Shown piece by piece: positions 45,969-55,593 of a stretch of DNA of 64,000 nucleotides. The stretch lies in IMG/VR virus record IMGVR_UViG_3300013233_000436, positions 4,804 through 68,803 of that record; one strand, written 5' to 3'. The stretch is from a virus. The notes beneath the pieces were generated by a model. It had not been told where the DNA came from. It ran no database searches and worked only from the letters and a program-made list of their open reading frames with translations. Position numbers and translations under genes: made by a program. How positions within the stretch are numbered: position 1 is the first letter of the stretch; each line of letters opens with the position of its first letter.

Positions 45969-48900
45969 ATGGCAAACAGTATATTTGACTCTGCTTTGAG
46001 CGGTATTGAAAAAATCAAGCTTGTGCGGGAACTTTCAGCAATAAGAAAAAATCTGCACGGCGACTTGTCCGGCATGGCAAAGATAAAGCTGGCAAAGAGG
46101 ATAAAATCCATTCGTCTTGAAATAGGCGTGAAGCCTGCCAGTGTTGTGCAGAAAACCAATGAACCAGCCGCCGATGCGTTCGATTTTGACCCAAACATAA
46201 AGGTCTCAAAGCGCAAAAAGAACAACAAAGCAGCCTTTGATCTGCTGCAAAAAATCGTATCAGGTGAGATTGAAAAATCAACATTAACAATGGATCAGAA
46301 AAAGATCCTTGCCGGATACTCTGGCACAGGTGGCGGTTTAACCGGTGAAGACGGAAAAAGTGGCAGCCCTTACGAGTATTACACGCCCAAACCTCTTGCA
46401 GATGGCGTTTGGGGTCTGCTTGGTGATATGGGGTTCTCAGGCGGAAAGGTCTTAGACCCGTCTGCTGGCACTGGCATATTTGGCGCTACAGCTCCACCTA
46501 ATGCGGTGGTTGATGCCGTTGAATTGGATGAAACCTCTGGCAAAATTAACGACATTCTAAACGGTGATCGTGGAAAAGTGACTGTTTCAGCGTTTGAAGA
46601 GGTGGCTGCAAGCACTCCAGATGGGATCTACGACTCAATCGTTACCAATGTGCCGTTTGGCGACAATTCAGTGCGCGGCACACACGCAAAGAAAGACCCA
46701 AAGTATCAGAAAGAGTCCTTGGATGGGTACTTTATCTTGCGGTCTCTTGAAAAACTGAAAGCCGGTGGCCTTGCCGCATTCATATCCTCAACTGGCTTTG
46801 TGTCCGGCAAGAAATATGAAAAACTGCGCGTAAAATCCTCACTTATTGCTGAATTTATGGGGGCTTACAGGCTGCCAAACAGTGTGTTTCTCAATACCGG
46901 AGCCGATGTTACCACCGACATTATCATCTTCAAAAAGCACTCCAAGGAAGCCCAAGAAGAGATTGAGGGGCGGCAACAGAACGCCGTTGATTCACTCATT
47001 CAGGCCAATGTGTTGTGGCAACCCTTTGTTTCGGGGAAATACTTCAAGGAAGATGGGAAAAAATACCTGATTGGCGAAACAAAGCAAAAACAAAACCGCT
47101 TTGGTGGTATGTCTGACTTTGTTGATTCCGAGAAAAGCGTCTCTGACATTGCCAAGATTTTGAAAAAGTTCCCAGGGAGCCGAATTGATTGGGCTTCTCT
47201 GAACGCCGAAGAGGCCGAAGTCATTCAATACCATGAGGGTGACACCCTGTTTGTTCGTGGCGAACAGATGGTTATGAAGGATGGCAAGTTCAAGAAAGCC
47301 GATGTTGGCGAATCTGACAAGATGATGGACAAGATCCATGCCTCAATCAAAGACCCATGCGAGAGCTTGCGGTACAGCTACGAAGAGCTTTCAAGCTTCC
47401 ATAGCCATTACCAGAGCCGTGGGCTTTATCAGGAAATCCCTCAATGGCTGAATAACGCCATCGAAGAGGTCGAGGCCGGTAACGTAAGCGCCGTTAACTT
47501 TGACGACATGATGACCGTTATTGCGGTTAACCATATTTTTAACCAGCACTCAGCATCATTGCCGTTTGATTTTCTTGGCAGTTACCCTGACCTGTCAAAA
47601 CGCATCCCTAAAGCGATTTTCTCAGGCAACCGCTACAAAAACCCAAAAATCAGCGCATCCTACAAAGTCACCTCTGCTTTTTATGATCGAAAAAGCAAAG
47701 TGTACTCAGGATTGTGGCGCGGGGAACCAGAGGCGGAGGTAAAGAACGATTTAAGCAGCCTACAAAAATACGAGCGCCTACGCTACTCAATGGCAGACAG
47801 TGATGGCTTTGTCCCAATAGAGTCATTCCAGCATCTTGTGGGCGAAGATCCAATGGAAAAAGACCGTTGGTGCATATCGAGCGACGGCAAAGGTGTGATG
47901 CACAAAGATGATTACTATTTTGGCAGTTACGCTGAATTTTTGGCAAAGCATGGCGGTGTGCCGCAAAAAAACCTATCCGAAGATCAGCGAAGAAAGATCA
48001 TGGCTCAAGTGGACGCAGCCAATGAAAAGCTGATCAGGGTTAACCACAAAGAAATTTCGTTCAACATGAAATCCCCTTACGTTGATGTTGGCCGCAAAGC
48101 GGAGTTTTTGAAGAAATACGTTGACGATGGTTTTTTTGTTGAGCGTGACGATTCAGGTAAAGAGGTTATCGCCTACAAAGAATCTAAGGCCAAAAAAGGA
48201 AAATACGAGTCATTGAGTGATGAAGAGTTTGCGGAACAAAAGCGCAACATTAAGCGGCTGCATCAATACCTGACAAAAGGCACTATCACCACTCAAACAT
48301 CACTCAAAGATAAAAAAGCCAACCCAAAACAGGAAAAAGCGCGTGTCGAGCGCCTTAAACGCAGCATAAACGCTGCAAACCAACAATTTGATAGTTGGGT
48401 TAGGGCAAACAGCGCCATTCAAGGAGAGATAGAGAAGAGGTTTAACAACCCCGACAAACTGTTCTTCCCAGAGGTTGATGATTCTGCACCGCTCAATATC
48501 GGCGGCATTAATCCAAAATTCAACCCAAGAGGCCATCAAAATTCAGCAATCCGCCGGTACACACGGAGAATGACCGGCATTCTTGGATACGATGTTGGCC
48601 TTGGCAAAACAGCGTCCGCCTTGCTTACGATCAAGCACATTCACAACATCGGAATAAAAAAGAAAACCATTTTCGTTGTCCCAAACGCCACTATGTCCAA
48701 CTGGAGAAAAGAGGTTAAAGGGATTTTCCTTGAAGACTCAGATTGCCTGTTTGTTGGACTGAATGTAAAAACAAACGAAGAGGGGGAAGAGATTGGGTCA
48801 AGCATCAAATCAAGCGATTACCAACGAGATTTAATGAAGGTTTTGGAAGGCAAGCACTCAAAAATCTTTATGACTCTCACTGCTTTTGAGGGAATACCCC

Positions 48901-51900
48901 TGAAAGACGCGACAAAAGAGGCTTACATATCTCATGTGACCCAAAACGATGAAGCCTTTGATTCATCCAAAGAGAAGAACAAAACAAAGGCAATCAAGAA
49001 ACAGGGCAAGTCTGCCAGCCTTGTGAATGAATCCAAATCAAACGGGTTCCCTTATCTTGAGGATATGAAGGTTGACTCCATCGTAATTGATGAAGCCCAT
49101 GTGTTCAAAAACTCGAAACAAATTATCTCATTCAAGGGTGGCGCTGGATTGTCTATCGCCGCCCCATCCGGTCGCGGTAAAGACGCTCAAGTTAAGTGCT
49201 GGCACATTCGCAGCAAAAACAAGCTGGGAGACGGTGTGCTGCCATTGACGGCCACACCGATCACCAACAGCCCACTAGAAATGTACTCCATGCTTTCTCT
49301 TGCGGTTGGCGAAGAAGAGCTGAATGCGCGTCTTGGCGGCATTCGTGGAGCCGATGATTTTATGGAAGCCTTCACCGATGTTTCAGAGCGTGAGCGAACC
49401 AATATAATCGGAGAAACAACGCTGTCCCGCGTTTTTGAGGGACTGAAAAACACCGATATGCTGCAAAAAGTGCTGCACGGAACGGCCAACATTAAAGGTC
49501 GTGAGCAGGCTGATATTGAGATGCCAGACCAAGAAAACGTAACCGTCGAGATTGCCCTTGATAAGGGTCAGAAAGACGGCCTCATGGGGCTGAAGCAGAT
49601 ATATGGGATAGCAAAACGTGTGGAGTCAAAAGGAAGCTACACGGAAGAAGAATACCGCATCGTAAACGATTATTCAGACAAAACCGGCGAAGACTTTAAG
49701 CTTTTATCTCACCCATTCAATCTAATTGAAAAGATGAATAATCTGATTTTGGATGAAGATTTGGCGCATAAAAGCACGGTTTATCGGTTTGATGATCGGG
49801 CTGTTGCGGAGTCAGTTGTGGCCGCATTTAACAAGATCGGGATTAAAGAGCTAAGGGAGCGACCAACTCCAGCACAAAGAAGCGATGCCGCAATAGAGTC
49901 GGTTTTAAAAAGCACTGGCGGCGAAGAGAAGGCGTATATTAAAACTTACATCCAAGCCTACATTGAGGGCGACAGAATCATCCTTGATAGCACGGACTTT
50001 CAGATCCAGAATCGCTTCCTAAAGATTGCCGAAAAGAAAAAACTGGATATGGATGTTTCCGTCTCACCAAAAATAGCCGCTATGCTGGAAAACTTCTCCA
50101 AGGAGTTGGCTGCACCAAAAGCAGAGGGAGGAAAGTGCAAGCAGATCATATTCTGCGACTCTCTCGGAATGCACAACAAAATAAAGATGATTTTGCAGAA
50201 AAAGGCGGGGATACCGTCAAGCAAAATAATCATAGTCAATGGCGCATCTGTCACCGATCCATCCGACATGCAGGACATTCAGGATGGGTTTAACTCAGAG
50301 GGTGAGGACAATAAATACAGTGTGGTGATTGCCAATGAAAAGGCCGAAGTCGGGATCAATCTTCAAGTGGGCTGCCAAGCAATCCACCACTTAACGATAA
50401 AATGGACTCCAGATTCCTTGCAGCAACGAAACGGACGCGCCGTTAGACAGCTCAACTACGTTAAAAACGTCCGTGTGTACAGCTACGATGCAGAAGGGAC
50501 ATTCGACGAATACAAGCGTGAAATGGTCGATAAAAAAGCCGATTGGATCGGTGAGTTAATGAGCGGCAAAAGCGGCGGCAAGGTGGCCGTATCCGGCTCT
50601 ATGTCCAAGGAGGATGGCGACATACTGATAAGCTCAATGGGCAGCAAGGAGGCCGTCAGAAAGGCGCGTGAGGCTATGGCAGCAAAAGAGGTTGAAGAGA
50701 AGAAAGAGGCCAAACGCGCCTTGGTCGCTTCAAACTTGGATGATATTTTGGTGCAGCAAGAGACGGTTAAAAAGTACCCCGAAGCGGAGGATTACATTAA
50801 AGAGCAGATTGGCCTTGCTGTTGACGTTGCAAATCAGTTGACGCGAACAAAAAATAGAGCTGAAAAAATCAGCAAATCAAAAACCATTGACAGAAAAAAG
50901 CTCAATGCCGCACGAAAAAATTCCAGCGCCTTTCAGTCTCAATACGACAAACTGGAAGAGCTGATTGACTCCTCATGCAATATTTACAGCCAAAGCAAGA
51001 CAAAAAAGACCCTTGCCGATATTTTGAATTATGCGCTGTATGCAAACACATCGGGAGTCCTGAACAAAGAGAAGGTTTTGGAGTCGCTTGCTTACTCCAA
51101 GTTTTATGTAAACGAAGACTCCACACTCGCAATTGATTGGGATATTGAGTTATCGACCGCCAAGGGCGTGATAAAAGAGGCGACCGAAAAGGCAATCTCA
51201 ACCGCCACTGAATCGGGTATTGATGCGGATCGAGTGGAGGCTGTTATCTCTGGAAAGGCGATAACCCACGGCGGGAAAATCGTTTCTGTTGGCGATTTTG
51301 TGGAAGAGGACGGCGTTGTGTTCGTGGCGCAAGATCCAAATAAAAACAGCTTTTTCTCTGTTTCAATGGATGGGGAAACCTCATACGCACCCGAATCAAT
51401 CCTATTGACCGGCGAAATAATCAACAAAGAAAGCCCCAAGTATGCCGAAACAGTTAAGCGGGTAGCTGCAATAGACAAGGCTGTAATGGACAAAATTGGC
51501 GGAATTAAAGCCGAGGTATATCGCGGCGATATTCACCAAGAAAGCATGTACCACCAAGAAAACACCGACGTTCTTGCCTTTTTCCCAGAGGAAGAGGTTC
51601 TTTTGGTTGTAGAAGAAGATGATTTGGATGGCCGCATAAGTCTCGCGTCTGGTAAACCTCTCATAAGAGATAAGCCGGTAGGCGGGATTATGTTGGCGCT
51701 GTACGAGAAACAGAATGGCGCTGTAACTCGACTAAAGAGCGGAGATTATGCCATCAAGTCTTCTCAAATAACTCCAGCCAGACCAAAAGAGGATATTTTA
51801 CAATACGTTATTGAAGAGGCCATAATTGCGAACCACAAAATAGAGCAAGCCGATATTGATGCTCTTCGTGAGTCTGGCGTTGGGTACAGTGGGTCTGGCG

Positions 51901-52487
51901 GGGTTTATGTTCACAAGATTTTTGAGAAAGTGATCCGAGAAATAACATCCAAAGCCGGTAAAACCGATTCAGACGACTTAAGAGACCTCTATTCTGACGA
52001 TGAAGGTCTGGACGCATTCAGGGAAAAATCCCACAATTTCATCCAAGGGATTTACGGCGATTACCTCGACTTTTCAATCATCGAGGACAAGTACGCAGAG
52101 GTCGCGTATAACGCTTTTTTCAGTGGGTACGGTAGCGACCACATAGATTCAGCATTCTATTCAGCAGAGGAAGATTTCAAGGATAAGTCAAACCCTGAAC
52201 CAGAAGAGCCTGAAACAGAGACCGGTGAGGTGGTTGCAGCCAAGCCTAAAGATTGGGTTGCCCTTACTGGCGACTTGAAGCCGATAAGGGCGCATATAAA
52301 ATCATCCGCAAAATCAATGGATTCAAAGGCGTGGTGGTGCGGACAAAAACAGGCTGCATCAAAATACCCTAACTCACCTGAAAACTCATGGATAGTTCAG
52401 TATGATGTTTACCAGTATTTTTTGGAGCGATACCCAAGTCAGGCCGAAAAGAGAAATATAACAATCCATTACCAAGATGAGGGCTAA
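45969..52487 (+). CDS. darB: DarB: adenine methyltransferase + SF2 helicase antirestriction protein
   Basis: EYYTP, VLDPSAGTGIF, TNVPF; DVGLGKT, IDEAH, TATP, QRNGR..RQ; 2172 aa. Confidence 0.92.
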   Translation: MANSIFDSALSGIEKIKLVRELSAIRKNLHGDLSGMAKIKLAKRIKSIRLEIGVKPASVVQKTNEPAADAFDFDPNIKVSKRKKNNKAAFDLLQKIVSGEIEKSTLTMDQKKILAGYSGTGGGLTGEDGKSGSPYEYYTPKPLADGVWGLLGDMGFSGGKVLDPSAGTGIFGATAPPNAVVDAVELDETSGKINDILNGDRGKVTVSAFEEVAASTPDGIYDSIVTNVPFGDNSVRGTHAKKDPKYQKESLDGYFILRSLEKLKAGGLAAFISSTGFVSGKKYEKLRVKSSLIAEFMGAYRLPNSVFLNTGADVTTDIIIFKKHSKEAQEEIEGRQQNAVDSLIQANVLWQPFVSGKYFKEDGKKYLIGETKQKQNRFGGMSDFVDSEKSVSDIAKILKKFPGSRIDWASLNAEEAEVIQYHEGDTLFVRGEQMVMKDGKFKKADVGESDKMMDKIHASIKDPCESLRYSYEELSSFHSHYQSRGLYQEIPQWLNNAIEEVEAGNVSAVNFDDMMTVIAVNHIFNQHSASLPFDFLGSYPDLSKRIPKAIFSGNRYKNPKISASYKVTSAFYDRKSKVYSGLWRGEPEAEVKNDLSSLQKYERLRYSMADSDGFVPIESFQHLVGEDPMEKDRWCISSDGKGVMHKDDYYFGSYAEFLAKHGGVPQKNLSEDQRRKIMAQVDAANEKLIRVNHKEISFNMKSPYVDVGRKAEFLKKYVDDGFFVERDDSGKEVIAYKESKAKKGKYESLSDEEFAEQKRNIKRLHQYLTKGTITTQTSLKDKKANPKQEKARVERLKRSINAANQQFDSWVRANSAIQGEIEKRFNNPDKLFFPEVDDSAPLNIGGINPKFNPRGHQNSAIRRYTRRMTGILGYDVGLGKTASALLTIKHIHNIGIKKKTIFVVPNATMSNWRKEVKGIFLEDSDCLFVGLNVKTNEEGEEIGSSIKSSDYQRDLMKVLEGKHSKIFMTLTAFEGIPLKDATKEAYISHVTQNDEAFDSSKEKNKTKAIKKQGKSASLVNESKSNGFPYLEDMKVDSIVIDEAHVFKNSKQIISFKGGAGLSIAAPSGRGKDAQVKCWHIRSKNKLGDGVLPLTATPITNSPLEMYSMLSLAVGEEELNARLGGIRGADDFMEAFTDVSERERTNIIGETTLSRVFEGLKNTDMLQKVLHGTANIKGREQADIEMPDQENVTVEIALDKGQKDGLMGLKQIYGIAKRVESKGSYTEEEYRIVNDYSDKTGEDFKLLSHPFNLIEKMNNLILDEDLAHKSTVYRFDDRAVAESVVAAFNKIGIKELRERPTPAQRSDAAIESVLKSTGGEEKAYIKTYIQAYIEGDRIILDSTDFQIQNRFLKIAEKKKLDMDVSVSPKIAAMLENFSKELAAPKAEGGKCKQIIFCDSLGMHNKIKMILQKKAGIPSSKIIIVNGASVTDPSDMQDIQDGFNSEGEDNKYSVVIANEKAEVGINLQVGCQAIHHLTIKWTPDSLQQRNGRAVRQLNYVKNVRVYSYDAEGTFDEYKREMVDKKADWIGELMSGKSGGKVAVSGSMSKEDGDILISSMGSKEAVRKAREAMAAKEVEEKKEAKRALVASNLDDILVQQETVKKYPEAEDYIKEQIGLAVDVANQLTRTKNRAEKISKSKTIDRKKLNAARKNSSAFQSQYDKLEELIDSSCNIYSQSKTKKTLADILNYALYANTSGVLNKEKVLESLAYSKFYVNEDSTLAIDWDIELSTAKGVIKEATEKAISTATESGIDADRVEAVISGKAITHGGKIVSVGDFVEEDGVVFVAQDPNKNSFFSVSMDGETSYAPESILLTGEIINKESPKYAETVKRVAAIDKAVMDKIGGIKAEVYRGDIHQESMYHQENTDVLAFFPEEEVLLVVEEDDLDGRISLASGKPLIRDKPVGGIMLALYEKQNGAVTRLKSGDYAIKSSQITPARPKEDILQYVIEEAIIANHKIEQADIDALRESGVGYSGSGGVYVHKIFEKVIREITSKAGKTDSDDLRDLYSDDEGLDAFREKSHNFIQGIYGDYLDFSIIEDKYAEVAYNAFFSGYGSDHIDSAFYSAEEDFKDKSNPEPEEPETETGEVVAAKPKDWVALTGDLKPIRAHIKSSAKSMDSKAWWCGQKQAASKYPNSPENSWIVQYDVYQYFLERYPSQAEKRNITIHYQDEG

Positions 52488-52489
52488 CC

Positions 52490-52897
52490 ATGCAATACGA
52501 TCTACACCTTCCAGAGAGCTATGATTTATCACAATCCGATGCTATCGCGCAGCATTGGCGGGACTCTGGGAAAGATCCCGTGATTGAGATTGCAAAAATA
52601 CTGCTTGGGGAGGTAAAAAAACAGCAGCTTGGATACCTGAGATTTGGCGCTTACTGGTGGGCGCTAAAGTCGATTTTCATCAAGCTGGACTTGGTTGGCG
52701 ATATTGGGGATTCAGACTTTCTAATTGAGGGGATTTACAAGGGGAGGCTTGATCTTGAAACGCTGATTATGGCCGACCAATTCAGCACTTGGTACGACCA
52801 AAACCAGTTTCAAGGCGCAAGAGAGACAGAGGTCAATCTTGGCGGGGATTCGTATCAGCTTTATGACTCTGGGTTTGATCCTTTTTTTCAGGGATGA
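52490..52897 (+). CDS. ulx: Ulx-like protein
   Basis: YLRFGAYWWALK resembles P1 Ulx; directly after darB as in P1. Confidence 0.65.
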   Translation: MQYDLHLPESYDLSQSDAIAQHWRDSGKDPVIEIAKILLGEVKKQQLGYLRFGAYWWALKSIFIKLDLVGDIGDSDFLIEGIYKGRLDLETLIMADQFSTWYDQNQFQGARETEVNLGGDSYQLYDSGFDPFFQG

Positions 52898-52937
52898 AAT
52901 CAGGTAAAAACGCCTGATTGCTCACTGCTACAATGTT

Positions 52938-52966
52938 TCGAGGATAGTTGTCAAAACTATCCTCGA
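52938..52966. repeat. Perfect 12-bp inverted repeat with 5-nt spacer
   Basis: TCGAGGATAGTT-GTCAA-AACTATCCTCGA between convergent genes. Confidence 0.85.
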
Positions 52967-52980
52967 TCCACTTTTCCAGT

Positions 52981-53154
52981 TCAGAATTTGTCATAAAGAG
53001 CCTGCACTACAATTTGCTCAATCAGCCTGCTTGTGCTGATCCGCTGTTTTTTTGCTTCAAGCTCCGCAACTGCGCGAACTTTTGGCAAAACTCGAATGGT
53101 CAAAGATCCTCGAACCTGATCTTTGGGTTTTGGTTTTCTTCCTAATGTTGCCAT
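52981..53154 (-). CDS. Ribbon-helix-helix DNA-binding protein
   Basis: GRKPKP...LTIRV..KVRAVAELEAKKQRISTSRLIEQIV. Confidence 0.7.
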   Translation of the reverse strand: MATLGRKPKPKDQVRGSLTIRVLPKVRAVAELEAKKQRISTSRLIEQIVVQALYDKF

Positions 53155-53492
53155 TACGCTCTTTTCCCCGTTGATTTGTTGGCCCATGCCCCGCGATCAA
53201 CATCAAGACCTACCGGATTTGAGTATCGGTAGGCCATCGCCAGGCTGCGCTTGCAGAGGTGCGATAAAACATCATCGTCAACATCTTGAGAAACCGCATC
53301 CTCAACAACGTCAAAATAATCATCCTCGCCATCAGATTGTTCTGGGACATTAATGTCAAACCCAACCATAGAAAGATATTTATCCAAATCCAAAACAAAC
53401 TCTTTTTTTATCGCTTCGGATGGCATTCCGTAGGCCATAAGGCCGGTAACAGGCTCATTTTTAACGAATTCGATTAATTTTGAAAGTCTCAC
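53154..53492 (-). CDS. Hypothetical protein
   Basis: AACACTGGAGA leader before GTG. Confidence 0.6.
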   Translation of the reverse strand: MRLSKLIEFVKNEPVTGLMAYGMPSEAIKKEFVLDLDKYLSMVGFDINVPEQSDGEDDYFDVVEDAVSQDVDDDVLSHLCKRSLAMAYRYSNPVGLDVDRGAWANKSTGKRA

Positions 53493-53520
53493 CTTGAATC
53501 TCCAGTGTTTTTAATGTGGC

Positions 53521-53781
53521 TTACTTGTCTTGTGAATAAATAAAAGAAAAGAAGTCGTTTCTCAGATTTGGGGCGTGTTCGCGCTGAAAATCGACATCTT
53601 GTGATAAAAAATGACCCTTAAAGGCTTTGGCTGCATCATCAAAAGTTTCAAAGCACTTGCTCCGAATGTCGCCATGCACCGTGCCGAAGAAAGAAAAAGT
53701 GCCAGCGGGGTTCTTATCAAGGTGAGTCCCAAACGTGCCAACTGATAAAATTGGGCTTTTGCTGCTTTGTAAAATACCCAT
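53521..53781 (-). CDS. Hypothetical protein
   Basis: Same AACACTGGAGA leader before ATG 53781. Confidence 0.6.
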   Translation of the reverse strand: MGILQSSKSPILSVGTFGTHLDKNPAGTFSFFGTVHGDIRSKCFETFDDAAKAFKGHFLSQDVDFQREHAPNLRNDFFSFIYSQDK

Positions 53782-53882
53782 TTTGGGTCTCCAGTGTTTT
53801 TTTAATTCCAGCTCACCGTTGAGCCGATGAGTGAATATTAGACCCCTCAAATATAAAACGCAAGCGGTTTTTTAGAATAGTT

Positions 53883-53927
53883 TCAAATAAAAATGTAACT
53901 GCTATTCCGTTGCACTCATTTGATAAT
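53883..53927 (+). promoter_or_regulatory. Putative late promoter 5
   Basis: TCAAATAAAAATGTAA - 23 nt - GATAAT upstream of portal. Confidence 0.75.
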
Positions 53928-53955
53928 GAAAATCAAACTAATTGTGCGGGTGATC

Positions 53956-55593
53956 ATGGCAGCTAAAAAACAGAAAACGGGAGCCTTGCAACGGCTTTTC
54001 GGTTGGATCTCCAGCGAATCACCGCAAGAAGTCATCGACGATGGCGGTGGTGGGTACAGTAATCTATACGATGCCCTAACAAACAGCGGTAGCGATGATC
54101 CAGAGGACGATGCTGATGCGCTCATAAAAGAGCTGCCAAGGAGTCGTTATGACCGCTATACGATCTACGATGAAATGGTCAAAGATCCGTCCGTAAAAAC
54201 AGCCCTCTCTCTGCACGTTGCTCACGCATTGGCTCCAAGCCTTAAATCTGGTGAGGTTGTGTTTATTGAGTCACCAAACGACGAAGACAATGAGATTGTC
54301 ACTGATCTACGCAACACATTTAAAGCATTGTTCAACGAGGAAGCATCGACTTGGGCGCGGTTTGCCGGTCGATACGGCTGCTACTACCTGCGACCTTACA
54401 TAAAGGCCGGTGAAGGTATTGTTCGCGTCCGCTGCGACCACTACACGCATCCCGCGCATATCAGGGAATACGAGCAAGCGGGGCGGATTATCGGCTATGC
54501 AAGCACGAAGTATTTGCCAGCAGACAAAGGTGGCGGCCTCCCTCTGCTTGAGCCGTGGAAGATTGTCCCCGTAAAAATGCCGGGCTGGTCTCCAGACTCA
54601 ACAAAGGAACCATCACGCCAAAAAGCGGAACAGTTCTCTCTTGCCGATGAAGATTTTGAAAACGAGGAACCGGTAGAAACTCAGAACTACGGCGAATCGC
54701 TGCTAGAAACAGCCTACACGCCGTGGACAGACCTCAATGAAGCAATCCTTGCCCTGAATGCAGCGCGTAGAGCGTCCGCCAAAAAAGACCGGTTTGTGGG
54801 ATATTCAGCCAATGGCAAAAACATGGATGTTGCAGCAAAAGAGATGGGCCTGCTTGCTAAGCTGTTTAAACGTAAAAAAATAGAATCGGCACGAAGGTCT
54901 CTTAAAAAAGGGTATGTTGGCACGGTTGATACCACCATTTACCCCATGTTCGCCTCTGGTGCTGGTGGCGTGACAATCCAAACCGAAGATTCAAGTGCGG
55001 ACATTAACGCCATTGAGGATGTTAATTTTCACGTTGCACGTCTTGCATCTGCTCTGGCAACCGACAAATCCATGATCGGCTTTACGGATGAACTATCCGG
55101 GGGTTTAGGTGATGGAGGCTTCTTTCGTGTGTCCGTCAATGCCGCTCGATACTCTGCCAACCTGCGAGATGCCGTGGCAACCGCAATGGAACGGCTGTGT
55201 GAAATCCACGTTGCAGCGAAGTTTCAAAAAGTGTTTCCAGAGGGTGAAAAGCCTTGGCGGATCAGATTTAACTCTCTAAGCAGTGCTTTGGAGCAGGAAG
55301 CCACCAATGCGCTGGAAACAAGCTCTAATGTTGCCTTATCGGTTCTCACCCTGCTGCAAACAGCAGACCCCGAAGGCACTGTTTTTGATGCCAAGAAAAC
55401 AGCATCGTATCTAATGACCGATATGCTGGGAATGGAGGGCGACAAATTCGCGGAACTGATAAAAGACAGTCCACCTGTTGACGTGGAAGGATCAGGCGAA
55501 CCCCCGATTGAAGACGATCCTGTTATGGATTCCGCCACCGAAAAACTAATGAAACAAATATTTTTAGAGGCCAGTAAAAATGAGCAAACTTAA
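53956..55593 (+). CDS. prt: Portal protein (P1 Prt-like)
   Basis: YTIYDEMVKDP..ALSLHV, ETQNYGESLLE, INAIEDV, LSGGLGDGGFFR. Confidence 0.88.
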   Translation: MAAKKQKTGALQRLFGWISSESPQEVIDDGGGGYSNLYDALTNSGSDDPEDDADALIKELPRSRYDRYTIYDEMVKDPSVKTALSLHVAHALAPSLKSGEVVFIESPNDEDNEIVTDLRNTFKALFNEEASTWARFAGRYGCYYLRPYIKAGEGIVRVRCDHYTHPAHIREYEQAGRIIGYASTKYLPADKGGGLPLLEPWKIVPVKMPGWSPDSTKEPSRQKAEQFSLADEDFENEEPVETQNYGESLLETAYTPWTDLNEAILALNAARRASAKKDRFVGYSANGKNMDVAAKEMGLLAKLFKRKKIESARRSLKKGYVGTVDTTIYPMFASGAGGVTIQTEDSSADINAIEDVNFHVARLASALATDKSMIGFTDELSGGLGDGGFFRVSVNAARYSANLRDAVATAMERLCEIHVAAKFQKVFPEGEKPWRIRFNSLSSALEQEATNALETSSNVALSVLTLLQTADPEGTVFDAKKTASYLMTDMLGMEGDKFAELIKDSPPVDVEGSGEPPIEDDPVMDSATEKLMKQIFLEASKNEQT

